Source: the human T2T-CHM13v2.0 reference genome, Homo sapiens. Taken from it: DNA of 64,000 bases. Within the stretch, counting starts at the first letter, position 1. Every line of letters starts with the position of its first letter. Below are positions 1-13,769 of the stretch, piece after piece. The stretch lies in the NCBI RefSeq assembly GCF_009914755.1, contig NC_060926.1; one strand, given 5' to 3'. The position numbers were made by a program, and so were the translations under genes. The notes under the pieces are model-generated. The model was not told where the DNA came from and made no database searches. It was given only the letters and a program-made list of their open reading frames with translations.

Positions 1-1695
1 GAGTCTCTCCCAGCTCTCCAAGCCCAGGCAGATCCCTTCTGTGCATCTTCAAAGCACCTATTCCTGCATGTAATTACATACTTATCTGTGTGTGCACTAC
101 TGGAGGGGCCATCTCAGCCTTCCTTAGCATTATATCCTAGCTCCTGGCACAGTGCCTGGTATACGTAAAGTGCTCAGCAAATCATTAACAACTAGGAAAT
201 TGTAGTACGAGTGCAAGCAAAATTCTGTTTTTAGTTCGAGGGCCATTGTTTATTACCAGTGTGATTTTGTGCAAATTACCCCCATCTGAACTTCCAGAGG
301 CCTGATTGTAACTTTCAGGTAACAATCCCAGCAATAATAGGAAAGCATGTTGGAGTTCTTAAAGCACTTTCACAAAAATTCCATTTGGTCCCAGGACGAC
401 CCTGCAGGCTGCCCTTGACTAAACACTAAACGACAAGGCCTTCAATCAGAGTTAGGTGGCGACTGACTAACCAAGGGCGTGACAGAGCTTTAAGAACTGC
501 AAAGTGCTCTATGTGAGTGAAGACTGGTGCTGCTTGCTCAGTCATCAGCCTTCAGCAACGTTTCCAAGTTTTCGCATTTGTTTAAGGGAGCTGAGCCTAA
601 ATTGCAAAAGAAGGAGAGGGTGAAGAGCAGGGCTTGCCAAACACATTTAACTCATCACCAGCACACAGAGAGAGAGAGGGATGGCTGGGTGGGCCACAGC
701 CATCTCACTCCGGCCCCCACCCTGGCCCCTGCTCTGCCCAAGTGAGCAGGAAGACAAGAACCTGCCCTTCTTTAGTTGATGTTCACTTCTCCGAAATATT
801 CGATTATGAGGTACTGCCGATCACATGGGCAGCTCCTGGAGAACCCAAGCACTTCCGTTATCTGGGAAGCCAGTGGCCTCTTACCAACACCCTCCTGGAC
901 CACCGCCCTCCCCCTGCCTCTCAGCCTTAGGTAATCTAAGGTAATTGTGAATACACAGATACTTCCTTAGGTTCTCAGGCTCTACATTTAATCTCTGCAG
1001 AGGATGTGACTCTATGTAGTTGTCAATGTTACTTCTGTGGATCAGAAGCTTACATGCTGGTTCTAAAAAACAATCTAATGTCATGTTATTCTTACAAAAT
1101 TAACAATTGAAAATAATCCCTTCCATAACATCCCTGCAAGCAGAAATGGGAACAAAACTTCCTCAAATCACAAAATAATTTTGTGAACACCAGCTTGATA
1201 GCTGTGATTATCTGCCTGCTTCTTCAGGTAAAACTATGCCAGCAGTAAAACTGCTTTTTAAAATAAAAGTAGCCCTAAAGATGTGGTTTTTCAGGTGACT
1301 TGAATTTTCTAAGACATTATGAAGTTGATTTAAAAACAGAAGCAGGTGAACTTTGTGTTGAATTTTTAAATGTAAACTCATATCAAAAACCAAACAAAAT
1401 AGAAATCTTAAGTAAATTGTCACCATTAGAGATTCTATTTTATTATAGCTATTCATTTTCAATGTATAAATAAAATCACAGAAAGTCCTAGATTATGTCT
1501 AATATTCAAATAATTTTCAAGCTATGCTAGCATAGAGCTAAAAAGGGGGACTATCTTCTATTTTTGTTTTATAAATCAAACAAAACAGGAAGTTCTCTTG
1601 TGTAGAGTTTTGCAGAAACAAAGTATAAGGCTGATCAAATTAGTTTATGATTTAAAATGAAAAAAGTTCTTTCTGGAGTAATAAATACTAATTAC

Positions 1696-1809
1696 CTTCT
1701 GGACACTGGCAGGTGAATCCACTGAGACTGGAAATGCATGTTGCTCCATTTCTGCATGGGTCTAGGATGCAGTAATCAATCTTGGACTGGCAAAGCTCTC
1801 CAGTATAAC
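1696..1809 (-). CDS. DNER: DNER internal coding exon (114 nt, phase 1-1; probably exon 7), EGF-like repeat
   Basis: Minus strand reads ttttgttttattcag|GTTATACTGGAGAG...TGTCCAGAAG|gtaat. Translation (G)YTGELCQSKIDYCILDPCRNGATCISSLSGFTCQCPE(G) joins in frame to the 37356-37509 exon. Not in the ORF track because it is too short and lacks a start codon. Confidence 0.96.
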
Positions 1810-3319
1810 CTGAATAAAACAAAATGTACATTTTATAAAATAAGCTCTTCCAGACCCACCATGAGCCACTCTAGGAATTGATGGATTCAACTGGTACCTG
1901 CCCAGTGAAGGCAGTGGCAGCCTTCAGCTAAGCTGCTCCTAGATCTCATTTATTTTTACAAACTATGGTAGTTTAGAAATAATCATAGTGGTTTAGAGTC
2001 ATAGTTCAAAAATCGTTTACTCTGCAAAAATCTTTATTGCAAGAAGACCACATTTCTTCGGCATTAGGTCTGTGTTTCATCTTGAAATATCAGTCGGAAC
2101 TTTCAGAAGCTGAGACTGAGGATCACGTTGGTAGCTTCCTTCTGACACAGGAATTTACAGTGTTCAGCTTGATCTAACTGAGATAATGGCCACATTCCCT
2201 AGGCCATCACAACACCTACATAAAAAGCATTAGGAAAATGTCTAGGTATGAGCAGTTTTAATTTATAATATTTTAGAGCTAGAATAACCCACCTGTGTTA
2301 ATTCTGTGACCTCTCCTCCCACTTTAAAGATAAAGAGATTGAGGCAAACAGAATGCTAAGCACATTAATATATTTTTATTTATACCTACTTAATTCACAA
2401 ATCCAACTAAATTATCTGTGAAGCAAGGCTCTCATGGTAATTTTGTTGGATTGTAACATAACTACGCACATGTGGTGAGGAAATAAGGATGTAAATCGAT
2501 TGGAACACCTGTGCAGTCAAAAAGCTTTAAATACTTCCAGAATTTTGTTTATTAATTTTGAAAACAAAGCCCCTGGAGAGAAAAGTTTAAAAAATAAAAT
2601 GCTAATAAATTTCTCATTATAAAGTGGAAAACGGTAAAGAAAGTTTGGAAAATTTAAGACATTACACAGAAAAAGAAAAAAATGTGCCCTTGGTTATGTT
2701 ATTTGAGTGACAGGACCATCAATACTGTAGAGATAATTCCTATCAAAAATTGTGAGTCATAGATATTTTCCACACAATTATGATCATAGTGTAACACTTT
2801 ATTTATTTCTAGGACAGTTTTAACTACATAAAATCTTGTCTTTCTGAATTATTAGTTTTGAAAGACTGCCATTAGCACTTGAATCTGAGATTTACAAACC
2901 AAAAAGATCCAGTGATACTAGAAAAGAGATGATTCACCTGAGCTTCAGTTACCTGCCAAATAGATTGTAAATTACAGATTGGGAATGTGGAGGCATTCAT
3001 TTGCAATCCTACTCACAGGCATTCAAGCCGTGTAGGAGATTCTAGCTAATTCACGGTATGAGAAGAGGAGTAAGACAAGCGCATGAACTAAAAATCCAAA
3101 CACCAGGAGAAAAGGCTATTTCAAAATTCTAGAACAGATTAAATAAAAGCTGTAAATTCAAAATAAGGGAGAGTGAATTGTTTTTAAGAGGAATGCTGCA
3201 AATAACTTTTTGGCTAAAAATAATAGCCAAAACTTACAAAAATCACTTATTTTTATTCATACATTAATTAATATTAATAATTTATCCACACATTAATACC
3301 TAATTCATCCATACTCACG

Positions 3320-3830
3320 TAACCTTATGAGGTTAGTGTTATTAGAATCACCCTATTTTTTTTTAACTTCAACTTTTATTTTAAGTTCCGGGGTACCTGT
3401 GCAGGATGCGCAGGTTTGTTACATAGGTAAACGTGTGCCATGGTGGTTTGCTGCACAGATCAACCCATCACCTAGGTATTAAGCCCAGCATTCCTTAGCT
3501 GTTCTTCCTGATGCTCTCCTTCCCCAAACCCCCACTCCCAACAGGCCCCAGTGTGTGTTGTTCTCCTCCATGTTTCCATGTATTCTCATCATTCAGCTCC
3601 CACTTCAAAGTGAGAACATGTGGTGTTTGGTTTTCTGTTCCTGTGTTAGTTTGCTGAGGATAATGGCTTCCAGCTCCATCCATGTCCCTGCAAAGGACAT
3701 GATCGCATTCCTTTTTATGGCTGCGTAGTATTCCATGGAGAACCACCCCATTTAACAAATGAGGAAACCGAGGATTATGAAGGTTAAGTAATTTGCACAC
3801 AGTCATACAGGGAGTCAGAGCCCTGTGTCC
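3320..3830 (-). repeat. MIR interrupted by an L1PA insertion
   Basis: MIR-like aaccttatgagg...tattagaatcaccctattt on the left and ccccatttaacaaatgaggaaaccgagg...ggttaagtaatttgc on the right. Confidence 0.65.
3356..3738 (-). mobile_element. L1PA (older primate) 3' end, 5'-truncated
   Basis: T tail followed by ttttaagttccggggtac...gcaggtttgttacataggtaaacgtgtgccatggtggtttgctgc; TSD-like agaatcaccctattt (3344-3358) / agaaccaccccattt (3739-3753). Confidence 0.9.
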
Positions 3831-3990
3831 AAGCCCTTTCACACAGTCCGCCTAAGGTTACACTTAAGGCACTATGCATCACCATCGTCAACAAACAGGT
3901 ATTTAGTATGAAGGGAAAATAACAGAAAATAATGGGTAAGAAAACACATAGAAAGAGACACAGAGCTTGATATAAAAACCATCAATATTC

Positions 3991-4325
<335 letters not shown>

Positions 4326-6739
4326 TTACAGCCTATGTGTGGTTGGTTATGCTTAGGCTGGAGGTGCCAAGAATTATTTTTTCAAATCCCTGACTTTAAA
4401 GATTCTACAATATGGCTAGAAAAGTATAGTACATTTATGAAAAAGATAACCGATTACAAGTGGTAGCTTCTTAGAGGCAGTGTGGCCTAAAGGATGTGGA
4501 TGGCATCATGAATTCTGTCCCCGGAAAGATGTCAGAATTGTGACCACAGAATGACACAAAACCATGACCCACAGCCAGCAGCCAATTTGGTCTCAGAAGT
4601 GAGAGATGTACATCCCCACCAGACAGAAAAAATAGAAGAATGCAGGACTCTGTGAACTTCAAAGTTCTTTCAATAAAATTTTAACAATCACTTCCTTTTT
4701 ACTTTTTATCCAAGGATTTAAAACATACTTAAACATAGAGAGATGAGGTTATAAACCTCATGTGTCCATCACCCAGCTCCAACCATTATTAGCATTTTGT
4801 CCGTTTAATTTCATCTAGTCTCTTCGTATTTTCCTAGGTTCCCCATGAGGGTATTTTGAATCAAATTTCATTTCACCTGTAAATATTTCAGTATGCATTT
4901 CTAGCAAAAGGGGAGTTTTTTAAAGATCACTTTTAATGGCCTCTTTAATTAATATTTCATTCCATTTACAAATTTAATTAAACACTTTAAAACATATTTA
5001 TTTATATTTAATAATATCCACAATTTTCTTAAGAACCACAACTGTCTGATAATGCACAAATATTCCCATGCACTTAATTCTTACAGATCTAATAAATTAT
5101 AAGTGAGGGTGAATCTTCAATGCTGTTAAGTGCCCCAATACCGTATGCAAGTTCGGTAAGATTTCAATCAGAGAGGCTAATTTACATTTTTAATTGTCAT
5201 AACAGCTTCGGGACCTCACTGGCATTTTGTGGGTAAAGATACTGAGGTCTTGCAGGACTTGAGATGGCCTAATATATTAATAACAGAGTTGTCACACTGA
5301 AAATGCCAATAGTTCCCTCCAATGAGAAACAGTGGTCCATATTCAACACTTTGTCATTGCTTTATTTCCCTGAGCTTTAAAGTCTTTATAGTAAAGATTT
5401 TGAAAACACAGGAAACATGGAACTATGGAGAAAAAGATTATGTGTAATGCTCTAGACCCGTAAAGTATGAGCATATTGACATGTCTGTGGGTTCAGTATT
5501 ACTGGAGATGAAGAACACTAATGGAGGAGCATGGACTGGGGTGTAGGAGGAAGCAGGGAGGCAGGGGTGAGATCACGGGATTATAGGACCACTGAGCATT
5601 CTCAGCTGCAAGTGGCCAGTGCTACTGGCAATAACCAGCTATGGATCTGCAAAGCCGATGAGGGTAGCCTGATGCTCTACCCACCCCAGTCTCCCTGGAA
5701 AGGGAGAGGCCCTTTGGCAGGACAGTTGCTTGGTGCGAGCGTTTCCCAAATTAGACGTATGGACCATGATGGCAGGAGCTCAAGACCTGACAATCATTCA
5801 CACCAGACTCACCAAGAGGACCAGGTATTATTCTTGGCCTCCAGGGAGTTACTAGTTGGCAGTCCCAAGAGTACCATCATCAACTGTATTACTCCCATTA
5901 CAGTTGCATTACTAGCCAAGTGAAGACAGTTCTGGAAGAGGAGAGGCAGAGGACAAGGAGCCAGGAGCATCCTGTGGCTGGCTTCAGAAACTCTCAAATA
6001 CCAGCGAGTGACTCCTTAGACCCTCAGAGAGCAGAGGCTTCACTGAAGGTGTTGGGCAAATCACTGGTATTGATATACATGTAATACTCTGAACTGGATA
6101 CCTAAGATCTACACAAATCTCACCCTTCCTGTGTCTTTTGGTTTTTTATTTGATCTCATAATCAAGGAGTCAAAACTAAATGAGTGACTGGTAGAAATTT
6201 AAATGAAAAATACCATTAAAGTCTTGGCCTGGGTTTTCTTTCTTCCATCCTGCTAAAAGTCAAACTCTTCTCTGGGGACTAAAGTAACCATACCAACTAT
6301 GACTAATATTTCCTTTTGCCACTAAAGCAATGACAGACACCCAGAGGACCTCGTAGAAGATATACAAGCAAGACTGATGGTATCGATGCCACAGACACAA
6401 AAGGTAATACACGGTGGCCATTCTGTGTGTGTTATGGAAGAATTTGCTCTAGCATGCATACATAACAGGCATTTCAGCCCTGGAAACCTATGCCATAGCT
6501 CCCAAGTGGAAGGTGGGCAAGACATGGAGAAAAACCCATGTAAAGGCACACAAGAGTGCAGAAAATGTGTGAATGTCATTGACACTTGACTAAAAATGCA
6601 AGACAATGATAAACTCCCTTATTTTGATTTCCAAATGACGAAAGTCTATACCTAACCATGGAGGCAAGTATCAGCAATTGTCTTTCTTTCCTCTAGCTAG
6701 TGGTACTCCCTCTAAGCCCCCATGGGCAGACCACAAGCA

Positions 6740-7140
6740 TTCGTGAACCACCTGCCAAGTTATTGTCACAACCACATAATACCTTTCACATTGTCTAGTC
6801 CCAAACCTCACTGCCTCTCACCAGGACTCCAGCAATGGTCGCCCAGCCCCTGTCTTCACTGCCACACTTGCTTTCTTTCAATCCATTCTCCACATACGAA
6901 TAGCCAAAGAGATCCTTTTAAGATATAATTCATATCCTATTACTCCTTACTTAAAACCCTCCAATGGCTTCCCAAAAGGTTTGGAATAAAACCCAAACAC
7001 TTTACCCAGGGGCTAAAAGATACCGCACGGTGTGGCCCCTGCACCCTCATCTTGGCCCAGTCCTGCCACCGACCACCGTGCTGCAGCCACCCAGGCCTCA
7101 CTCTATTCCGAATCTCGCCAAGCTTCTGCTCATAGGCATC
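6740..7140 (+). repeat. L2 fragment
   Basis: tccattctccac...agagatccttttaaga...cttaaaaccctccaatggcttccc resembles the L2 3' region. Confidence 0.6.
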
Positions 7141-9144
7141 AGTATTGTTTTCATGCTGTGGCCTCAGGACCAGAAAGAATCATGAGAGGGATGCAGGATT
7201 CAACAGAAGCAGTTACAGTCCTGCCCTACAAAGAGAAGTGGGGCACAGATTTAAAATTGTCCTGAGATGGAGAAATTACTGAAGAAAGTTAGCAATAAAC
7301 TTTTGGGAGTGGAAAGGAGAGGACCAGTGGAGTTATAGTGGAATTTCATTTGTAAAATCAGGAAATAAAGACAGGAGGGTTTAGAAATAAATTGCACAAC
7401 AGAGTAGAAGACCTAAGAGAAGGGTATCAAAGCTTTAAAGTTATCTCTAGAACCAGGTAGGGAGACATGAAAATGTCTTAAGAGGGCTACAAAGAAAAGT
7501 GCAAAATCCAACTAAGGAGGGAAGGAAAATAGCTACAACCTTAGTGGGAGTTACCAATAAAATCAGAACAATTAAACAATAATGTCTCTGGGACTCAGGG
7601 GCTGTGGGTTTTGAAATCAAGCCCATTGATGAGTATGAGCTTGGAGTTTCCTGTTGGATGGCAATAATAGGGAGAGGTGGCCTATGTGTGCTCATCCCAC
7701 TGATATGAGAAGAATCACCCTGGATGCCCAGGACTCCTGAGACAGCCAAAAACCTCCCTCCCAGAAACAACCTTAGTCCTCTGAGCGCCAACTGCAATTC
7801 ATTTGGGTCAAGAACCACAGTTAGCTTAGGATAATGAAGCTCTTCCATTAGCGGTATGAGTCTTCCAATCACAAGAAGAGATAGAGCCAAGTATAGAGAT
7901 GATGATATGAGGACGTAGATCAAGCCCATGGTTCTGCCACTTCGTGTCTGGTTTAAGCTAATCTGTGCCTATTGGTATGCAAAGAATGTGTGATGATTGA
8001 GAAAAAATGTGATGTGTGAGAGAATCTATCACACTTATGATTCCAATTAAAATGTTTAGCTGAGTAATTGGTTTTTGATTGATGAATTTAAGTTGAAAGA
8101 TAAGATTAAGTCAGAACCCATTGGGATGTTGAACAGAGCTTGAGAATCATTATAGTGTTTAAGTTTACTTCTCACAAGGGAACGCATACAAAAGATAATT
8201 TCAAATAGTCTTCTCTGTGCCCAAAGGACATTCTGGGATGCCAAAAAACTCACCCCTGGACCCTGTGGTCACACTGCAGGGCTGTTTCCTCTGACTCTGC
8301 AGCCTTCTGTGCCCACCCTCTTTCATTAGTTAGCTCTAAGCTCAGAAGTCACTTGCTCAGACCTCAGGCTTTTTGCCCTTGTTTATTCTAAAACTTCGCT
8401 CTTATTTCTACTTGAAACACACACACATACTTGTTACCTCCCCACCCAGAAGGTGACCCATGGGAGTAGGGCTGCATCCCTGGAGGCCCCTGTTGTATCC
8501 CCAGGGCACCTGTGTGCTCATCACTGTATACTTCTCATTACCTACAATGATTTTCTTTATTGGTTTCCTTCCGAGAACATAAACTCCCTGAGAATCAGGA
8601 CTTTCTCTGCCTTGTTTGGAGAGAAACCTCTGGACCCTCCAAACTTAAACATTTCCTGGCACAATTATTTGTTGAAGGAGCGAATCCACTTGCTTAAAGT
8701 TTTTGTCCCAAAATCAACCATATCTTTCAACTTAGGTTTAGCCTCTCCCTAAGCAATAATATCGAGAACGGCCTGGGTAAAATGTGCTAGCTGCTTGTTT
8801 TCCTAATGCACATTAAAATAAATGCAGAGCTACTGAAGTAAAAACATTGTTATCTCAAATATCTGCCATCAAAAATCACCTTGCTGCCATCATGGTCTGT
8901 ACATCTAACTTGGGAAACACTGCAATGAGCAACTGTCCTGCTAAAGGGCCCCTTCCTTTCTAGGCAGACTGAGATCAGTAGAGCATCATGCTACCCCTCT
9001 TCTGAACTTCGATCTTGTTTCTCCAGCTAGCATTCAGCACCTCCAACAGGTCTCTGCAATACGGCAAATCAACAAGGCTGAAGCAGAACTCTTCATTTTG
9101 TTGTTGTTGTTCAGGAGCCCATATCCAGACTTAATTCCTTAGGT

Positions 9145-9354
9145 CGGTGGTTCTTGACTGGGGTGATTCTTCCCCCAGGTGTCATTGGTGATGTCAGGAG
9201 ACTTTATGTATTGTTATACCTCTGAAGGTGTGACTGGCATCTAGTAGGTAGAGCCAGGGCTGCTGCTGAACACTCTCCAATACACAAGACAGTCTCCTAC
9301 AACAAAGAATTATCCAAGGCAAAATGTCCTGAACACCAAGGTTGAGAAGCCCTG
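9145..9354 (+). mobile_element. MER20 (hAT-Charlie MITE)
   Basis: cggtggttcttgactgggg...ctggcatctagtaggtagagccaggg...ggttgagaagccctg; degenerate 8-bp TSD ccttaggt/gtttaggt. Confidence 0.85.
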
Positions 9355-11344
9355 GTTTAGGTCAATGGAACCTTAGTCCTTCAGACTATAAACCTTTGTT
9401 TTGGTTTCAGAGCCTCTTATCTTCCCTTAAACAGAAACTGCTCCTTTACAAAGCAGAGAAACAGCACCTTCAGAACATTTTTTAAAAATCAGCATTCTCA
9501 GGAATATTTATAATCCCTAGCAAATTCAAAGCCGTTGTAAAATACATTGACCCAAAACCCTAAGAACCTGAGGAATTTATAATTGGGATATTCTATGAAT
9601 AAGTAAAATAATTCATTCAAAAACAGACGACTATTGAAAATACTAACCTCTCCTTTCAGGGAATTGCAGAGATTTTATTGTTTCTTTGAAGAACACTGCA
9701 GTACAACAAAGATAGAAGAAAAGTTGTGACTCAGGGTACATGGTAAGGATGCCCTTTGAGGACATATGGCACAGCCGGGAAAGCCCTCAACTCAGGCTTC
9801 GTGCTTTTAAAGGGTCTGACCGTGAGCAATGATGTTAGGTGAAATACAGTCCCTGACATAGGAAGCAAAGCCTGGCAGTGAGTAAATTCTTAAAAAGGCA
9901 AAAGGCAGAAAGTGACCAGACACTTGAAGGAAATGCATCCATTTCATCAGTGGGTGTTCACAGATTACATTTGGTCTAATATAGGCTTGGAGTGTTTGAT
10001 TTTATACTATTTTGTATTTAAGTATAAAATATAATTTAAAATGTATTCATATCTAGAGAGAGAAGAGTGGCTAAGTTTGCCTGTGAATCTCAGAACAGCA
10101 TACCATCTGAGTGATATCTTTTGATTTCCAACATAACAAAAAATCCCCCCACCAACCCATATATCATTATCGACACCACCATTTCCCTTCAAATGAAGAA
10201 AACCTTCCAGAGGTCAATGGTAAATTACATGAGGTGTAAGCGAAGTTAGCTAAATGAGTCAGATTATGAAGAAGAAGGGCGATCAATCAGTTGTGGGCAT
10301 TTTTAAAAAAACATTCTCCTTCCCTGCACAGTTGTTTTTGTGTATGATGTTTACTTCATGATTTCTCTACTGAAATAATAAAAAAAAAAATTCTCCTGTG
10401 TTGCTTTGGCTCTCTAAGGCAGAGTCTAATTGTTTCTTTGGAGAGCTGTTCTGAAGGCTCCCATGGTGGCAATTGCGACGAGAGCTATTTTTAACGCTCC
10501 TGGTCTTTTAATAGTCTGGCCTGTGCAGTGAGGTGAGGCTGCTGAATTTGGGCTGAATGCTGATGCTACCAAGAGAACCCACCAGTCTCAGCTCTCACCC
10601 TGGGGGGATCTGAGCAGCTGGTATCAGGGCCTCAGCCGTGTCTGCTAAGATGCAGTGCCTAATATTAGCACTCTGAGGCAAGAAGTAAACCAGGGGAATA
10701 AATAGTGCACCATCAAGACGTTCAGTCTCAGAGGCATCCTATTTTAAAGTCGGAAGGCAGACATTATTGCACAGAAAAAAACTAGTAAGATTCGCTGGCA
10801 GGAGAAACACAAACACATCTGGACAAACACAAACAGGATTTAAAAACCAAAGGCAAAGAAAGGAAGATACATGAAGCCCATCTATGAAAGACAATAAGTA
10901 AAATATAATTAAATAGGAATATGCAAAAAAAAAAGCTTGACAGAAAGCTGACATTCAGCAGAATTAGAAAAATTAATCTCAACATTGGGGAAAAAAGTAA
11001 CCACATCTAACAAGTAAATAGACAAGAGGCACAGTGGGAAGGACAGTGGCTTGGGGAGTGGAAGGTCTGGGATGGTGATACAACAATCAGCTGAGAGAGC
11101 TCATTAAGAGGTTGACTTTTACCTTCATTTCCCTCATGGAGGAATTAAAGATTATGATTATAATGACTTCAAGCAGCAGGTACCATTTCTATGGAGTGTA
11201 CCCTTTAATCCACAAGAGCTTGCACCATGCTTGGCATGTCCTAGGTGGCTCAATATTTTTTGAGTGAAATTTATGGATTTTAAAACTGCAAAGCAATATG
11301 CCAATATTTTTGGATCTCTCAGTTTTTATACAGGCAATTTAGAG

Positions 11345-11540
11345 CAGTGGTTCTCAAAATGTGTTTCCCAGATCAGCAGCATCAGCCCTGCCTGGGAACT
11401 CGTTACAAATGCAAATTGACCATCATTGTCACAGACTTACTGAAGGAGAAACTCTGGGGGTGGGGCCTGGCAACTGAGGTTTAAGAAGTCCTACAGGTGA
11501 TACTAATACAAGGTACATGCTAGAGTTTGAAAACCACCAT
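11345..11540 (+). mobile_element. MER5A (hAT-Charlie)
   Basis: cagtggttctcaaaatgtg...cagcagcatcagc...gaaactctgggggtggggcc...agtttgaaaaccac. Confidence 0.85.
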
Positions 11541-12846
11541 CTGGAAAATTAGAAGCAAGCAATCTTTTAACATCAAATATTAATATTATTCATTTCCGAA
11601 TTACACATATAACGCAAATTACAGAGGACAAAAATCAGAGGCCAATGGGTGAAAGTCAAATATTATATGACATCAAAAAGCCTTTAGTGATTGCACTGTT
11701 GACATGGTTTTCTTCTTTTTCTGAGTGGGAGGTCTTGGGCTCAATTATTGCAACTGTCATTGCATTCTTCACACATCTACTTCCCTATTCTTTAAGGGCA
11801 GGTATTGATTACTTTTATGCCAGCCTCTAGCACAGAGCCAGGGACACTATAAATACTCATTATATAGTAAACTAATAACTGCATAAGCACCATGCATCAC
11901 TCTCTCTAATATAATTCCTTTTATTCAATTTCTCTAGCTCTCAAATAATAAAGTGCAATATTGATACAGTCCATCTATATCTTTTAATCTGATGATTCCG
12001 AAGAGGAAGATAATTCAATACTTAGAATTCAATACCTCAAAGGGGAAGATATTTCATTAAGTATGTCCTGATGACTACTCCTGAGAAGTTGAAATCAAAA
12101 GAAAGAAAACATTAGATTAATTAAGGTGTTACACCATGAGACAGACAAGTTAGGGGATTGACTTAAACTACATAAAAATTTATATAACTATATTTATTAG
12201 TTGAGTTTTAAGTTTTTGTAGTAAATCAAACTCTAAAGAAGGTATTCATTCACTCTTCAGAAAGAATTTTTTGTGAGTGAAAATTCACATTTGGGGAATC
12301 TAAAAGAAGTTCAGGAACAGTTCTTACCTTCAGGGAGCTTAGGCTCCAGATGAGGAGGTAAGACACATTCCCATGAAACAGCATACTGAGTAAATGAGCA
12401 GGAGAATGGTCCCAAGGCAGGCACATGTGCATGGCAGTGCCCAGGCTAGCCTCACTGATGTGCCGGGGAAACAAGGCTAGGCTAGGGCCCCCAATCCACA
12501 AACCAAAGAGTTGGGGTCACTGACATGGCATCTTCAAAGGTTTCTGCACAGAGTAGAGGCATGGTAACGATGTGTTGTATATTGATCTCTTCCTGTAACC
12601 ACTCACCGCCATTTCAGGGGAGCACTTAAGGTCTCTCCTCCCTTCTCCCTGGGAGCAAGTGTTCTGGTCTGGACGAAATGAGAGAACTCCAAGAGGGATG
12701 TCGAAACTGGGTGTGGGATGGGGAGTGGGCAATGCCCTTGCAGAAGAAATCAGAAGAATGAAAGCTCCAATCTTTCTCATCTTTCATCCTCTTACTAGTG
12801 TTTAGAGGCTACAAAGAAGTGCCCTTGATGGCTTACCGATTCTGTG

Positions 12847-13068
12847 CCAGTGTGTGTGGATGTGGATGTGGGGATAGATGTTTGTGTATGCATGTCTGCG
12901 TGCATGTGTGCACTCTGTGTATATTACATTTGTATATGTGTGTACATGTTTTGTGTTTGTGTATGTGTTATGTGCATGTGTGTATACATGTGTGTGCATG
13001 TGTTGCATATGCATGTATATGAGTGCACATGTGTGTTGTGTGTGCATTTGTGTGTTCTTGCGTGTGTG
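12847..13068. repeat. Degenerate (TG)n/(TATG/CATG)n low-complexity tract
   Basis: About 220 nt of mostly alternating purine-pyrimidine sequence; it produces the C/V/M/H-rich spurious ORFs. Confidence 0.9.
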
Positions 13069-13444
13069 TTTTCTTTTACAAGGTCAAGATCATCATTCCA
13101 TTTTATAGATAAGAGAACTTGGGCTCAGAGGAGCTAAGTAAAGTTGGTGAGTGGAATTCAACCCAGGACTGCAGACTCTAACCCTACGTCCCTCTCTTTC
13201 CTCATATGTGTTCCTTCTTTCCTTTTGATGAAGTTCATTTGAAAAGACTGTGAGGGCCAACCAAGGCCAGCCCTGAGGCCAGACACAGTGGGCAGGAAGT
13301 GGCCCATTCAGGCCTGGCTTTCCTGTGATCTTTGCTCCAACCTGGCTCCCCTGAGCAGGAGATGCAGAAAGAGCTGAAGCCAAATCTCTGGCCAAGAAAG
13401 TGGTGATTGGACTCTGTGCAGGGCTTGACAATCACAACAATATC

Positions 13445-13680
13445 AACAGCTGACATTTGTTGAGGGCTTACTATGCACCAGGTCACTTTCCAAGCACACT
13501 ACCTATATCATCTTATTTAATCTTCACAGTCATTGGATTGTGGCACATTGAATACCGTCACCCATGCCCAATTTACAGATAGACAGCTGAGACCCAGGAA
13601 GATTAAGTAACTTCCCCAAGCTCACACAATAAATGAGTAGTGGAAGCAGGCGCTGCACTTGGGCAATCTGGCCTCCCGGC
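13445..13680 (-). repeat. MIR
   Basis: catttgttgagggcttactatgcaccagg...tcttatttaatcttcaca...gattaagtaacttccccaagctcacac. Confidence 0.75.
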
Positions 13681-13769
13681 CCAGCTGGGCTTTGCGGTCA
13701 GCCAGGCCCTGGCTTCGTAAGTATCACATCGGCAGCTGTGAGTAAGGCAGCATGGCCTGCGGGGAGGGT

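Noticed and set aside
7447-7929. 160-aa hydrophobic minus-strand ORF, the longest in the window
   Set aside because: No recognisable domain, no splice-compatible link to DNER, and a length that can arise by chance in 64 kb.
12798-13137. Cys/Val/His-rich ORFs resembling metal-binding proteins
   Set aside because: Artefact of a degenerate TG repeat that lacks stops in several frames.
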